DNA of 64,000 bases from Phoronis australis (GCA_002633005.1 NMRA01000539.1:186001-250000); one strand, 5' to 3'; counted from the first letter of the stretch, positions 37,726 to 51,101 are shown. Notes: generated by a model not told the origin, from the sequence alone. A program made the numbers and translations.

Positions 37726-40700
37726 GGTCGTGCGCACGTTCAGTTTCTGTCACGAACAGTGTTAGTTCGTAACAACGAGGTAGATGGGGCTTACAGGTTT
37801 TTGGACAGGTAAAAGTACAACCAGCTTGTCTAATCTTTCATCTTGTGCAGTGATATCCATCACGTCATCAGGGGTGACAAATGCTCTAAGACTAGTAATA
37901 GTGCTTGAATCTTCACTTCATACTACTACTATCCACGCACTGCGTCTACTGCCTACTAGTACTAGTAGGGTGAGCAAACCCAAATACAAATTTCATCAGA
38001 AACACTTGAAAATAGTGTTAAATGATAGCTTTAGACATGTCGTTTATACAACTTTTTGAATTTTTCAAATCGGTTCGGCGGTTCTCCAGTTATTTAAATT
38101 TTAGAGCCTCAAAAATGGCATTTTTTCAGCAAACGGCACCACAGAAAATGGCAAGTTTAGACAACTATATTTGGGAATCCATAGCTCACTGTGTTCCTAA
38201 AACAAGATGGAGAGTCCTTTGCAAGTAGGTTAATAGCATGGCATAGACACCAAACCACAAATTATTATATTTTGCACAAGGACAACAAAAATTGAAAGTT
38301 TCTCCATTTCGACTAGGCAATGACCATCGCCTCTGTTGGCCCGACCAGAGGCGATGCAGCTCGCACTGACTAAAACATCAAAGTCACGTTGTTATAAATA
38401 CCTTTTGCGCATAGAGGAACACCTTAGTTAGGAGGTTGTCGATGTGTTTAATTCCATCCAACTCGAACAAATACTCGCATTATCAAACTTTTTCTTAGGA
38501 ACTGAAATAGGGACTGCTCGAAGAAAAAGTTTTCTAACGCGAGTATTTGTTCGAGTTGGAAGAAATTAAACACATCAACAACCTCCTAAGGTGTTCCTCT
38601 ATGCGCAAAAGGTATTTATAACAACGTGACTTTGATGTTTTAGTCGGTACGAGGCATAATTCCCCAAAAAGCTTCCGGCGTATGGAGCACTTATAGGAGC
38701 TGCATCGCCTCTGGTCGGGCCAACAGAGGCGATGGTCATTGCCTACATTTCGACTTGTGACGGGACATTTTTGCCCCTGAAGCTAAGTTGAACAAGTGAT
38801 GTTTTAAAAAGAGCAACTTATTACCTTGAAAATGACAAAACACTTCAAGAATTACTATGGCTTAGGGAACATGTTTCTTTTGCTCCAAAAGAGTTTGAAA
38901 TAATTCTTAAAAATGAAATTTGCTGAATAAATAAATTCAAAATGAGCAAAAACCAGAAACCTAGTCTTTTTCAGAGTATTTTATTATTTTTTTTAAAAAC
39001 CTGTGAGGTTATGTAAATTAATCTTTTTTCCCAAGTAAGATTAATGTTTTCACAATCTTAAGTTGCACACCAAATGATAAAAAATGACAATATGCATTTT
39101 TAATTAAACAAAATTAAATTGGACCCTAAAACTTTCAACGAATTATAAATCAATTTCATTCCTATCAAATAAAATAGAAACTGAGAAGTGTTGTGTTGGT
39201 GACTATCCAAAAAAATGCATATTTGTATTCTAAAATGTTTTGATGCACTGCAGCGTTGACTGAACAATTATTTTTATGAAATATGTAATTTTCTAAAAAT
39301 GAAACTGATCACAGCGCCACGACGAGGTAGTAAAAGTGTAACAACAAATATTTTTGAAGAAAATTAAAAAAAAATGGCTATTTCCCCAAAATTGAAGTAA
39401 ATAGAATTTTGAAAATATTCTATATTATTTTCATGAAAATATTTCACCAGGTTTGGGCCACTTTTTGTAATTTAGAGAAGTTTTGACTGGTTCTGTTGAA
39501 TACATTTGACCAATCAGGTTCGAGTTTACTTTGAACCCTGGAAAGGTCAATATGGTTCTTGAAAAATGACTGAAGTTACCTTATTAAAAGTGATCCTAAA
39601 TGGAAATAGTGAGACAAAGTGAAAAAATTGATCAGGAATGGATTAAGACATGATTGGTGATTATGACATTGAGTGTACACTTTCAGGATTTTTCCAGGTG
39701 AGAAAGTGGCAAGGCAATAAATTAAAAAAAGTACATTTTCTCATATTTTTGTCAAAAAAATAAAAAGTGTACACTCAGGGTTGAAAGCAGAATTTTGTAG
39801 CAAACAATTTGATATAAATATCATTAAAATCGGTTCAGTAACAGCCATTTAGCAGCTGAAAGTTTGACCCCTACTATAAGTCACAAGAATTCACCGGGGA
39901 GTGAAAAAAGTGTGAAGTGCTCGCTGTACTTCAATTTTTAAAAATATTCATTAATGCCCAATGTTTTTGTATTTTGGATATCGATAGAAAGAAGAAAAAT
40001 TAAATATTTCACTGGCATACTTTTCATTTTCCACCACTTAGTATGCTAATAGATTTGAACTTGTGAAAATCATGAAAAATGGCAAAATTTCACTCTTGCT
40101 GAATTTCCGCCATATTGGTTTGCTCACCCTACTACTAGGCAATTACATCGCCCTGGATGCTGCAGGCAAACCGACCAACCAATGGGCTACGTGTTGCCTA
40201 ACTGCCTACTGGCACCGCTACGGCGCCAGTAGTCATACGTCGGATGCTATAAGGTGAATTATGCCTCGGACTGACTAAAACATTAAAGTCACGTTGTTAA
40301 ATACCTTTTGCGCATAGAGGGACACCTTTAGGAGGCTGTCAATGTTTAATTCCTTCCAACTCGAACAAATACTCCCCTTAATAGTTATCAAACATTTTCT
40401 TCGAGCAGTCCCGCGTTGAACTCCCAAAATTGGTAACTCAACATTTTTATCACTGCACGCGGCAGGTGATCTGATGTCATGTCTTATGGGCTTATTACTT
40501 AGTGGAGGAAACTGGTTCTCTAAATCAGGGACCATTATATCCAACCAGTGCCAAGAAAAAGTTTGATAACCAGAAGTATTTGTTCGAGTTGGAAGGAATT
40601 AAATACATCGATGGCCTCCTAAGGTGTTCCTCTATGCGCATAAGGTATTTATAACAATGTGACTTTGATGTTTTAGTCAGTGTGAGATACAATTTACTGA

Positions 40701-41444
40701 AAAGCTTCCGGATGAAGATTCTATAGGAGCTCCACTGTCTCTACTGGCACCACCAGTAGATACGGTGGTCACTGTCTAACTAGCCATCTAGCTAGCTGGC
40801 TGTTTGAAGACTCTGACCACAGGCACTCTCATTAGCCACTCGCTGTTATGTACTATAATAGATAGTATAGTACATAACAGCGAATGGGTGATGAAAGTAT
40901 CTGTGCTCTGACTATGATCAAGATGTCAAAATACTGCTTGGTACCTCTGTGTGTTAACCTCCTATAGACCTCGAAAATCACACCACCCAGGTAGTTCTGC
41001 TTGTTACCTCGTCATGCAACCTATATCAGTTTGTAGAGCTAACCATCAGCGGGGGTGCATGCAAAATCTGGGAGTCATCCGTCACTCACTTTTGCCTGGT
41101 GCAACCGTTAAAGTGAAAAACAATTTAATATTGTCATTTTCTTGCGTAATTCTCCGCCTTTTGTAACACAGAAAAGGCTAAAATTGCGCTCATGCCACTC
41201 GCATGTGCCAGTGCGTTTTATTATAGTTCTATCGATTTTTTGTGAATTGTCAATATCTTGTTGCAGAATATTGCGAAATGAAGGCATAGTGGAGCGAGCA
41301 AGGAGGTGCATGTATTATGAGAAGCCATATCAGACTAGAAACAGGTTAGCTTATGAACGATGCAAGAAGATTTATGACGATGAAATGAATAGCAAAATAC
41401 AGTTCCTGATGAGGAAAAACAGAGTCAACCCGTTTCCAAGATAA
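37720..41444 (+). CDS. MRPS21: Mitochondrial ribosomal protein S21 (bS21m), 88 aa; exons 37720-37808 and 41267-41444
   Basis: MVGRAHVQFLSRTVLVRNNEVDGAYRFLDR|ILRNEGIVERARRCMYYEKPYQTRNRLAYERCKKIYDDEMNSKIQFLMRKNRVNPFPR* matches the MRPS21 pattern (RTV.V....V..AY..L.RIL, YYEKP, YERC..IY..EM..KI.FLMRKNR..P). Phase-2 GT-AG intron. Confidence 0.96.
37966..40131. mobile_element. ~2.2-kb non-autonomous DNA transposon (hAT-like TAGGG termini) in the MRPS21 intron
   Basis: Perfect 15-bp TIR tagggtgagcaaacc (37966-37980) / ggtttgctcacccta (40117-40131); AT-rich non-coding interior. TSD only approximate (gtactag / ctactag). Confidence 0.7.
38314..38745. mobile_element. Foldback/MULE-like MITE with long TIRs and 9-bp TSD, nested in the hAT-like element
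   Basis: Termini taggcaatgacc / ggtcattgccta; arms are complementary over most of the element; exact TSD catttcgac at 38305-38313 and 38746-38754. Confidence 0.88.
40136..40778. mobile_element. Second, more diverged member of the same foldback family, in opposite orientation
   Basis: Shares ctgactaaaacat.aaagtcacgttgtt..ttttgcgcatagagg..ccaactcgaacaaatact and its inverted copy. The spacer motif cttcgagcagtccc is the reverse complement of the one in 38314-38745. Confidence 0.8.
40818..40905. mobile_element. 88-bp hairpin MITE with CACAG termini and 7-bp TSD (P-element-like signature)
   Basis: 40-bp imperfect stem with an 8-nt loop; direct repeat ctctgac at 40811-40817 and 40906-40912. Confidence 0.7.
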
Positions 41445-43669
41445 CAGTGTGGTATGTGGATTCTTAAAATGGCTGTGCAGATGATTGAGTTGAAGGAAAT
41501 GAACCAAACGTCAAGGTCACACTCAAGTTCTTCAGAACGCGAGGAATGAATTCATAGGAGGACAAAATGGAATATGGAGCTCTTTTGAGAGCAGAGATAT
41601 CTTTCTCGTGTTGTTGTAGTAAACGAGGGAACGTTCAAATCACTGTCACATAGAATTGTTCACTAATGGGAGGACAATGAGTGGATTTCATCTATTGAGG
41701 CCATAGCGTGTACGACAATTTTCGAAAAATTTGACCAAATCTCTTTTCTTTGAAAACCGCAGAGAGTTCTCGGCATTTTTTTGTATGATTTTCAAATGAT
41801 TTGGTTGAAGTGTTATTTTTAAGTTGGTTGCATTTTGCAGTGCTTCCAAACACTAGGGTCCAGTGTACCCACCTTACATGAAAGTAGTCTAGAAACCATT
41901 CTATGAACTACATGCCCTGGAATCTACTCCTCCTATCTTCCACTGGCACCAAAACTCACTGCAATAAAACATGTTTCTCATATGGTTATTGTGAGTCACT
42001 GGGTAATTCATGCGTCTGTGATAGCACAGACCTGGGACATTGTATCAATGTTGAAAAATGGTGTGAATTTGATGGTACACAGATCAATGTAAAATACAGA
42101 AAGATAGCAGAGAAGTGAACATGATTGTTATTTCTTTATTTTTGTTCTTGCAGCTAACTGAAATTGCGTTCGTTACAAAGTGCCGTACATATGAACTCAA
42201 TATGTGTTTTCTGTAGCTTATTTGTGTGAAGTGACTTAAAAATGCAAACTTTTAAGAGCACTGTCTTTTGTATTTTCACTGCAACTTAAAAAAAATCAAC
42301 CAACTTTTGAAAAATAGCCAGTCTGGGATTGGTGACATTGATGGAACTTCAAATTTTACATTAACAGGCACTTTTGCCTTTACCTCAGAAGCAATGATAG
42401 TGACAGGTTTGTTGTGTTTGACACACTGTTTCACTGTTGGATTGTTATACAGAAGCATGTGCATACTATAGTGCTGCCAAGTGATCTAGCGTATTATTGT
42501 TTATTATCTGTATACAAATGTCTTGACATGCTCTGCGTTAAATTTCAAAATGGCACCCTCCGGGATTGAATTCACTGTTGGTGACATATTTTTCAACTTA
42601 GAAGAAACAGTGTGGCAGAGGAGTGTAATTTTACTGTCGAAAATTCTTCATCAAAATAAAATTGTATTATAATGCATTTAATACTCTCATTTGCCTGGTT
42701 TAATGCTTATGTTCAACTTAACACCACCCTTTAAAGTAGCACATTTTTCATACATGTAATCTTTTAAATACCCATTCTCAGCTTAGCACCCATTGGCAGT
42801 TTATGATTGAGACTTAATTAAAAGTACCAGAGTCTTCTGACACTCTTTGTGTACAACGCATTTAAGCTAGCTGTAACTAACACTCAATTTCAATGGCACC
42901 TTGCCATATTCGTTGGGGAAAGTGTATGCCCATATTTATAAACCTTATTCTATCACCTGGGCCCATAATCTAATCTTTTTTTCCAAAAGCAGGCGTAAAA
43001 TGATTTATTACATTTTCTCCTGCTACTTTGGTATTAACTCAAAATAAGACTGTCTAGTATTCTGTGCTCGAGTACATCATGGTTTATGTGGATAACTGTG
43101 TTGTCCTATTTTGCACTTAATGACCTCATAATTAACTTAACATTTTGAGTTTTTACTCAAAATCTGGAGTTTTTGCTCCAGATAATAGCTCGAATGGAGA
43201 GGTCAGCAAATGCGAATTTGGTATACACAGTGGTTTCCCTAATCCATAATGCACTGAAGCATTAAATAATACATTATTATCAATGGATATTAAAAAGAGC
43301 ATGGCAAATGCCAATTAAAGCTTTAAATTCGATTTTGAATGTAAAGACTGAATCCCACCCCTTGGTGTTCAAACTTTTATTCGCAGCCATATCTGCTCTT
43401 TACTTCTAATGCTCATTGCGTTTCTATTCTTTGTTTGAATTGTCATTTCATTCCATCATTTGCCTGGTATTTCCCTGACGTCCATATCACCTTGGGGTCT
43501 GAAACTAAGCCGTCGTGGGAGTGGTCTGAAGCTATAAAAGATCTGTCAGGCTTTCTAAAGTTCGGAAAACATTTCTAATCTGATTAAAAAACAAAACGGG
43601 ACGGATTTAAAAAAAACGAAAGCGACGTAGATCAAAAGTTTGCCCCTTAAGTATAGTATTTTAGGCGAA

Positions 43670-43760
43670 CTATGATAATAATGATGATGATGATGATGAT
43701 GATGTAATAATAATAACAAAAATAATAATCATAATACCGGTAATAATAATAGTAATAATG
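43670..43760. repeat. (GAT)n/(AAT)n microsatellite
   Basis: Visible trinucleotide runs. Confidence 0.85.
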
Positions 43761-46719
43761 CAGAAGATGAATACTGATTCAGAATCTCATGTTACCTGTT
43801 GAGAGCTGGTAATGGTAACTCTTAGCATGACAGTCATTTGTGGTCAGGTTACCGTTATGCAATCGGATTTGGACTGGGAAAGATAACCTGAGCAGCTCTC
43901 GTGCCAATGTTCGTGGGAAAGTCTGAACTGGCGTTCTTGACAGTTTCACGGAAATGGAGACCTCCAAAAATTCCGAAGAAAAATGGATAATGACAACTTT
44001 CGATTAACACTCTACCTCAAATCACGCTATTTCAAATGCCGGCTTGAGGCTCAAAAATGGTGTCCCAATTGTTAACGCAACGAATGTCCCTCCTCACGTT
44101 TGTCGCCGAAGATACCAGTTTAGACACCGCTAATTCGTTTATTTTTAACCTGCAATGTTTCTTAGTTTTCAGTGAAAGAGTTCGGCCTGTCTCTGATTGC
44201 AACAGCAATATTCTTAAGTTTTGTGAGAGACAATCAGCAGCAATTCTAGTTATGATAAAACACATATAGACACGGGAAAACGTTTTAAAAACGTTGACCC
44301 GTATGTTAACTTATTGTCATTATTCAATAAAATTGCTATAAAATAGAAAACATTATTTGTAAAAATGGCGATCGTACATAGTTTAGAACAAAATATTCGT
44401 CTTTCACGTCAGCATGAGAACCTGAGTAGACAAAGTGTAAATTGTAATTAGTGCAGCATGTCGATTAGCCTCTTGGTTTAATGAATATCTTGTGAGTTAA
44501 ACATTGACACGGTTTAAAGATCTACACTTATTTGCAGTTTGTAGTGATAAAATTGTAAGTTTCGATTTTCGTCTTTTAGCCAGCTAACGGAAAATGCAGC
44601 TTGGATTTATTAGCTTTTATTCCTAAACGCACTGCATGTTTTCAGCTAAAATTGGGTCACTCAGTCTCAGCTTGGCCTTGTTCACAATTTGGGATGTTTT
44701 ATAACAGACATTTCAAACTAAACAGCCTCAGCCACTATGCAACTTTGTGTCATATTGAAATATATATTTAACAAGAGACTTGCATTTCAAAGCAATGATT
44801 CATTGAAAATGTGCTGTTATTTTTGTGCAGAGTTCAGCTAGTCTCTTGACGACATAAGCTGAAACATCTCAAGTTCAATCCCGGACTACTTGAGATCTCC
44901 CTTCTATTTCGTCACCAAACGGAAAAGTAGTCAAGTTGTTTCTAGGTGGCAGACGATTGCGACAAGTACCAACTTCCCGGATGTTGCAAAGAAATTAACT
45001 CTAAACCTGTTCTTGGCTGGTACTGCGTGGGTATCGACGCGTGTATCTGCGACGAATTTTCTGTGGAATTGACACGAAGATCTTCCGAGCCATCACAATT
45101 TCAACATACCGTAGCTGTTGTGCGATATGTTTTTTCTATGCACTGGTATACTAAATGGAATAAGTTATGTTAAAATGTACAAACCCCAAATTTGCTACAG
45201 GTGTAGCAAACAAGGAAGTTGCATTTCGCTCTATATAACTGGCTGAAAATGAAATAAAATTGGTCTCACAACATGCCTTAAATAGACATAATCTTGTTTC
45301 CGTCACTATAAGGACATCTAATCCGCGAGTGACTAGAGAAAACGCTTCAGAGTTTATTGGAGTTGAACAACGCTGAAATAGTGTATTCGAAAATGGCGCA
45401 CTCACGTATTGCTTGCGACTATTCGGATCATTGGGGAATAATTCAAATTTGAGAGCTATACAGGCGCGAAGTGGTGCTTTATTCTTATTACAGCGTTTGC
45501 GGAGACGCCCTGAAACATCACAAAAACACGTCTAACGGCAAAAATATCAAGAGATCCAACCATTATTTGAAATGTTTAACTTTCTCTATTAAAATAAATT
45601 AGTTATATTTAAAGTACTTTTTATGAAAATTATGAAATTCGTTGTTTAGGCATGGTGCAAAGTAATACGCAATTAATTACTTCGAGGAAACGAGCCATTC
45701 TTAGAGAATTGTCTAAATGGAAATTTGGTTGCATGCAGACTATTCGCCATCTGTGCAATTTCAATGTCGGTCGCAAGCTGTAAACGTAACTTTGTTTACT
45801 CTCATGCAATTTATCATAAAATATATGCACTATTTGATGCGTTTTATTTGGGGCTCGACAAAAGAATTATTTTCTAGCTCTAAAACAAATCGTGTCGGTT
45901 TTCACATTCATAGTGGTGAGAGTCAACAAGCTTTTAAGATAAAAAATGAGTGATTTGTTGTTCAAGCATCACGTGAAAAATGTTTAGATCCTCCTTTCTA
46001 CATTATTTTCTTGTCAGAAAAATGAGGAAAGGGTGAGAAAAAACAACACTGACTAAGAAAATAAAAGAACGCAAGTCGGGGCTTCACCGTGATATGATTC
46101 ATTCGATTAATTTCAGGAAAGTAACTGATGCCAGATTTGAACTTTTAAAACATTCGCATTGACAACCAGCGGGGGTGTTAGGTTCACGAACCGTGATACG
46201 AAACAGGGAATGAAGACTTTGATCTAACTTCCACAACTCGTCTAGTTTTGACCTCATAAATTTTCTTTGCTCACACTTATCCATCTGTTAGGTGGTGATA
46301 TGAGTTTATCCTTACTGGTAAATTCTAACAGATGCTAAAGCAAAGGCACTTCAGTGTAAACCCAGCCCCTCGTCTTAGGCTTTCCCGGGTTTATTCTTTT
46401 TGTGTCGCTTAGATTAAATGTGAATACGCACTCCAAAGCAATATACCGGTCTGCTATTATCAGCATTTTTTGCGTCGTCGTTTCTGTATAATAAACTTGG
46501 ACAACTTTTGAAACAAAGCATGAGGACATAAATCTATTTCTGTGAAATTTAGTTGCACGGATCAACTGCTCGAGTAAGACGTAAACTCGCGTTTTTGAAA
46601 AACAAGCATACGTGGATGAGGCTCGCGTCACGAACCAAGCACGAAAAAAATATTAATTTACAACTGGTGGCCACATTTCTTTATCATTATTACAAACCCA
46701 TCTTCCGTCACAAAAACAA

Positions 46720-47215
46720 CTTCCACATGAATGTACGAATGACCTAAAATTACTTGTCTTCAGTTACGCATGCTGCATAGGATTGTAGCTACTAATTATC
46801 GTATAAATAAGATTAGACATATGGACTCAAGTGCTTGTAATTTTTGAAAATACTTCCCGAGACTTTAAAACATTTTTTGAATGTGAATATATTAATTCTT
46901 TCTGGCATGGGGTACGTCTCTGGTTAATGACTACAATGCAAGAAAATTTTGAAGTAGACAAAACCACCATTACATTTGGTCTTCAAAATGAAGAGAATAG
47001 AATTTTGAACTGGTTCCTTTTACAAACTAAAACTTTCATTTTTAAAATGAAATTAGCTAACGTCAACCCTAATTTAATATGTATTAAAAATGTTTTGAGG
47101 GTGTGTTTTAATGTAGAAGTGAGTGTTTCTTTGAACACACGGAAATTCAATGATACAAACAAATGGGAAGATTGGAAATGTGTTTTCGAAACATTAAGGG
47201 AGCCAGAGAATTGAC
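46720..47215 (+). mobile_element. Degenerate 3' end of an L1/Tx1-type LINE ORF2 (zf-RVT region)
   Basis: Frameshifted remnants LLHRIVATN..., FFECEYINSFW..V..WL, ITFG, ILNWFLLQTKTFIFK.K, ending in KWEDWK, followed by a T/GT-rich tail. Confidence 0.75.
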
Positions 47216-48434
47216 CAGATCCCAGAACAGAAATTCAATTCGTATTTTTTAAATGCATATAACTTGAAAGTAACAATCAAATGTTTTCTCACTTTTTTGC
47301 ACAGTTACATACGTTGTTGTGTTGTGTTGTGTATACTTGTATATTATGTACCTGTTTTGTAGTAAATGTAAGATAAAAATACTTTTGATTTCGACTGCAA
47401 GCCTTTACGAAATTAGTCTGAAATGGTTACATAATCAAATTAGGAGTGCTGAACTTGGAAAGACCTGTCAGATTTTTGTTGGCTGAGGCCATGCCGTACA
47501 GTTTACTTGTCACGTCATAATGACCCTGTTTTGTGTACGGGCATCGCCTCGTGTAATGAAGAACTATCTGATCTTTGCAAGATAAGAAAACACTTCTTAT
47601 TTGAGTAACAAACAAGGCGAGACCAGTTCTAGAGGCGCAATTCAATTTATTTCAATCGTAAGTTAGTTCTCTGACGGTTCGTGTGCTTATAGCCTCTCAT
47701 ATGATGGATTACGGCAGATTTCTGTTCGTTCCCTGGTTTCCATGTAGTCTCTACCCCGATTGCCACCTGTTATCCCCCCGTTAGTCGCTACCAATTCTCG
47801 CCCTCCTAACCCCTTAATTGCTCCTATTCCAATTCGCGCCCACTTTCACTATTCTGACTAATTTCACGACAGCCTCAAAAACCACAAAATCGATCGTCAT
47901 TGTGCCCGTCAAATCCACGCCGTGGACGAATATGAGAAGCGGTTGAGTTTCAAGTTGCCTTACCGCGAAAAAACTTCACCATCCCCTCTACTGTATAAGG
48001 AGTCAATTGATTCCTCGCATTTACCGTGGAATAACAAGTAAACACGAGGATGCACCGACGTGTGTTGCCAAGGCCCCACTTATTTTAATTCTGTAGGCAC
48101 TTCACATATTTGACCTCTTTAGCCTACTAAAAAATGAGCGCCGATCTATTTAATATCATAACCGACATCGGATGTAATTAAATGTTAAAATAAAAAGCTG
48201 TATGCAAATAAATAGGCCTGGAATGAGCAGCGTATTTGTGCGTATAGGCCCAAGCGACTCTATTCAAATGTTCTGAAATGTAGGCGCATGTGCCTGTACG
48301 TGAACCTCTCGGGTAAAACTATGCTTGACAATAACGGACGTACCCTATCATGCACAGCTGATTGGTCCCTAGAATTCATTGAAAATTCTTGCAAGTGATA
48401 GGCTCGCGCAGTACGCCTAGATGTATATGTACAA

Positions 48435-48598
48435 CATGCGCGCACCCAGCCTTCAATATAGGGGGGNNNNNNNNNNNNNNNNNNNNNNNNNNNNNNNNNN
48501 NNNNNNNNNNNNNNNNNNNNNNNNNNNNNNNNNNNNNNNNNNNNNNNNNNNNNNNNNNNNNNNNNNNNNNNNNNNNNNNNNNNCTGGGTGCGCGCATG
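48435..48598. mobile_element. MITE ends flanking an assembly gap (N 48467-48583)
   Basis: catgcgcgcacccag / ctgggtgcgcgcatg perfect TIR with 5-bp TSD tacaa; same family as 13015-13246. Confidence 0.7.
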
Positions 48599-49223
48599 TA
48601 CAAGTACGTTCTTGCGCAGTATCTAATTTCGTTTGTTTCTGAAATGTCATGGCAATTATTTTTTCCTCTTAAACAACAAAATGTTAAACTCTAATGGTCT
48701 AATTCAATTTGTATTCTAGATTTGTCGATCCTCTGTAAATAATCAAAATAACGTGACGGTCGCACTAGTTATTAGACAGGATTATTAATAGTTATTTCTA
48801 TAACTGTTACCATCAGTCGGTGACATACACCTTCGCATGTGAGTTGTAATCTACGAAAGGCACTGAAAAAGTCCCTCATTAAAGTACATCGCACGGCAAG
48901 TTTACAGTTTTGTCGAGGACAATGTGTGTGCCTTTGTTCAAGGTAATGACACACAACGTATGAGGCTGCATAAAGGACACCCAATTGCGCCACTATGTGT
49001 AACTTGAGCACACGCGCCTATACATTTAAAAAATTATCTTTAAAAAGACGCATCAGTTCGGAAATAGGCGCATGAGCCTAAATACACGCATATACAGTAA
49101 ACCTACAGTGAAAACTCGTTTAAAAATGTAATTTTGAAAAATAGCGTCCGAGGAGCTCTTAATAAAATGATTGGCTAAGAATAATGAATGTGGTATAAGA
49201 TGTTCGTTGGTTAGACAGAAATT

Positions 49224-49410
49224 GCAGCACGTATTGGGGGTACGTTGGACAGTACTAGTGTTGAGACAGGCTAAGATGCGGCAGCACGTATTGGGAGGTA
49301 CGCTGAGCGGTACTGGTGTTGGGACAGACTAAGATGCACCGCGTACAGGAGGATGAGACCGTGAGAAAATACGACGTACAGGATGTACGTTGAGCAAGAC
49401 TAGTGTTCAA
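49224..49410. repeat. Degenerate ~57-bp tandem repeat (2-3 copies)
   Basis: gcagcacgtattggg..gtacg.tg..c.gtact.gtgttg.gacag.ctaagatgc repeated at 49224 and 49281, plus a partial third copy. Confidence 0.65.
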
Positions 49411-50955
49411 ACTGATAATGGACCAATTACAGTGTAGAAATAGTGCCAGCGGCGGTTCCAGGTCAGACGACGGTTCGAGAAGCGGACACAAAATCGTAGT
49501 TGCAAGTTGAACATATCTGTTGAGAACGGTTTGCCAAGGCATCAGCAGGCAATTGGTCGCTATGAGATTGAACATAGATTTTGTCCAGCAAAATTAATCT
49601 GTCCGGCTGAGGAAAGAAAAAATTACTTTAATCCCCCACGATGAAGATATTCTAACTTATTTGCGTAGAACCAGTTGTTGGCAAGTTTGAGCATTTAACC
49701 AAATATCTACCAACTATAGATTTTCAAATGTGTAATTTTTTTTAAAGTAGAATGTTTAAAGACGGATTTTCAGCTTTATACCAATGCGTCATTAATTTGG
49801 TTGTTCTACCGATCACTTTTGTAAAGTTTTGCAAAAAGAATGGTACAGTCATAGCAAAACAACGGTATCAATAATATGATCAAATTGCATTTCCAATAAT
49901 GATTGAAGATGAACACTCAGTGACGTTGCAACAGTTTCCTAAAATATCACTCCATTTTTCTTTTGTGCAACTTTTGATTTTTATTTTCATAACAGTCTTA
50001 CAGGTCTTACTTTTTGATAGGCCCTCGTTCAAGAGCGGAAACTTTTCAGCATGTTGAAGAAAGGTGCACAAAGCATGGTCTGTGAAACTTTCATTTCAAT
50101 TTGATCAATTATTTCTCAGATATGACATTGAGTTAGCTAAATTTGAACATTTTCAAGGGCTCTGCATAACCTCAAGACCCTTCTGCCGCCGGCGAAACAA
50201 GACCTGACCAGGCTTACGTCACGCGCAAGTCAAGTGGCAGCGTCTACAGACGGCCTTAACTCGATCCACATTGGTGAACTGCTCACCCAAGGGTGAAGTG
50301 AGGTGCGTAGGAATACCACATTAGTAATCACAGCTCTCAGAAATCAAGCACTCGTAGGCTGGACTTGTCAACATGTCTGAATCATTGGATGGCGAGAGAC
50401 GGTGACAGTGTTTTTGGGTGTTATTTTTTACGGAGACGATGGCCATTAAGGATGTGTTACTGTTGGCTTTTGTTAGTAGAGTTCTAATTGGTGAGTAGAT
50501 TTTGGTTGGGGTATATTGAAATTTAGACGTCATCAGATCTTGCTCAGGCAGGGCTTTTGAAATGCAATCCTTGACAACACCATTCTGTTGTAGCAAAAGA
50601 GAAGATAACCAGCAGCTGATTGTTTCTGAAATGGTTGTTGCGCATTCTCTGGGTAAAAATTCATTACGTTTAGCGTGTTCTAACTACGTTTTACGTGTGC
50701 CTTTGATAGATTGGTATAATTTTTTGATGGATTTTTAATTTTAAAACACTTGCAAATTGATGATTACTAAACCCAAAGAAAACCTATATATCAAATAATC
50801 TTTGACAACAAAAAGGCACCAGACGCATTATTCACTGAATGCCAATAAGACCTCGTTCATTAAGTTACAGCTGCATGGTAACATGTTGTTTGTGTTCTAT
50901 TGTAGCCTGAGATTCAACTGACTTCCTATCCGAACATTCGTAACTCCACCTTTTC

Positions 50956-51101
50956 CAGGGGCGGATGCAGGATTTTGAGTTAAGGGGGGCCACGGCAATG
51001 TATTAGCCAGGATTTTGCCCGTCAGACATTCGCACACCGAACTGCCAAATAGAATCTGGAAGAATTTTAAGGGGGCCTTGGCCCCCATAAATCCGCCACT
51101 G
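50956..51101. mobile_element. MITE with CAGGGGCGGAT...ATCCGCCACTG termini, copy 2
   Basis: Homologous to 28849-29012; flanks ttttc / tttac. Confidence 0.7.
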
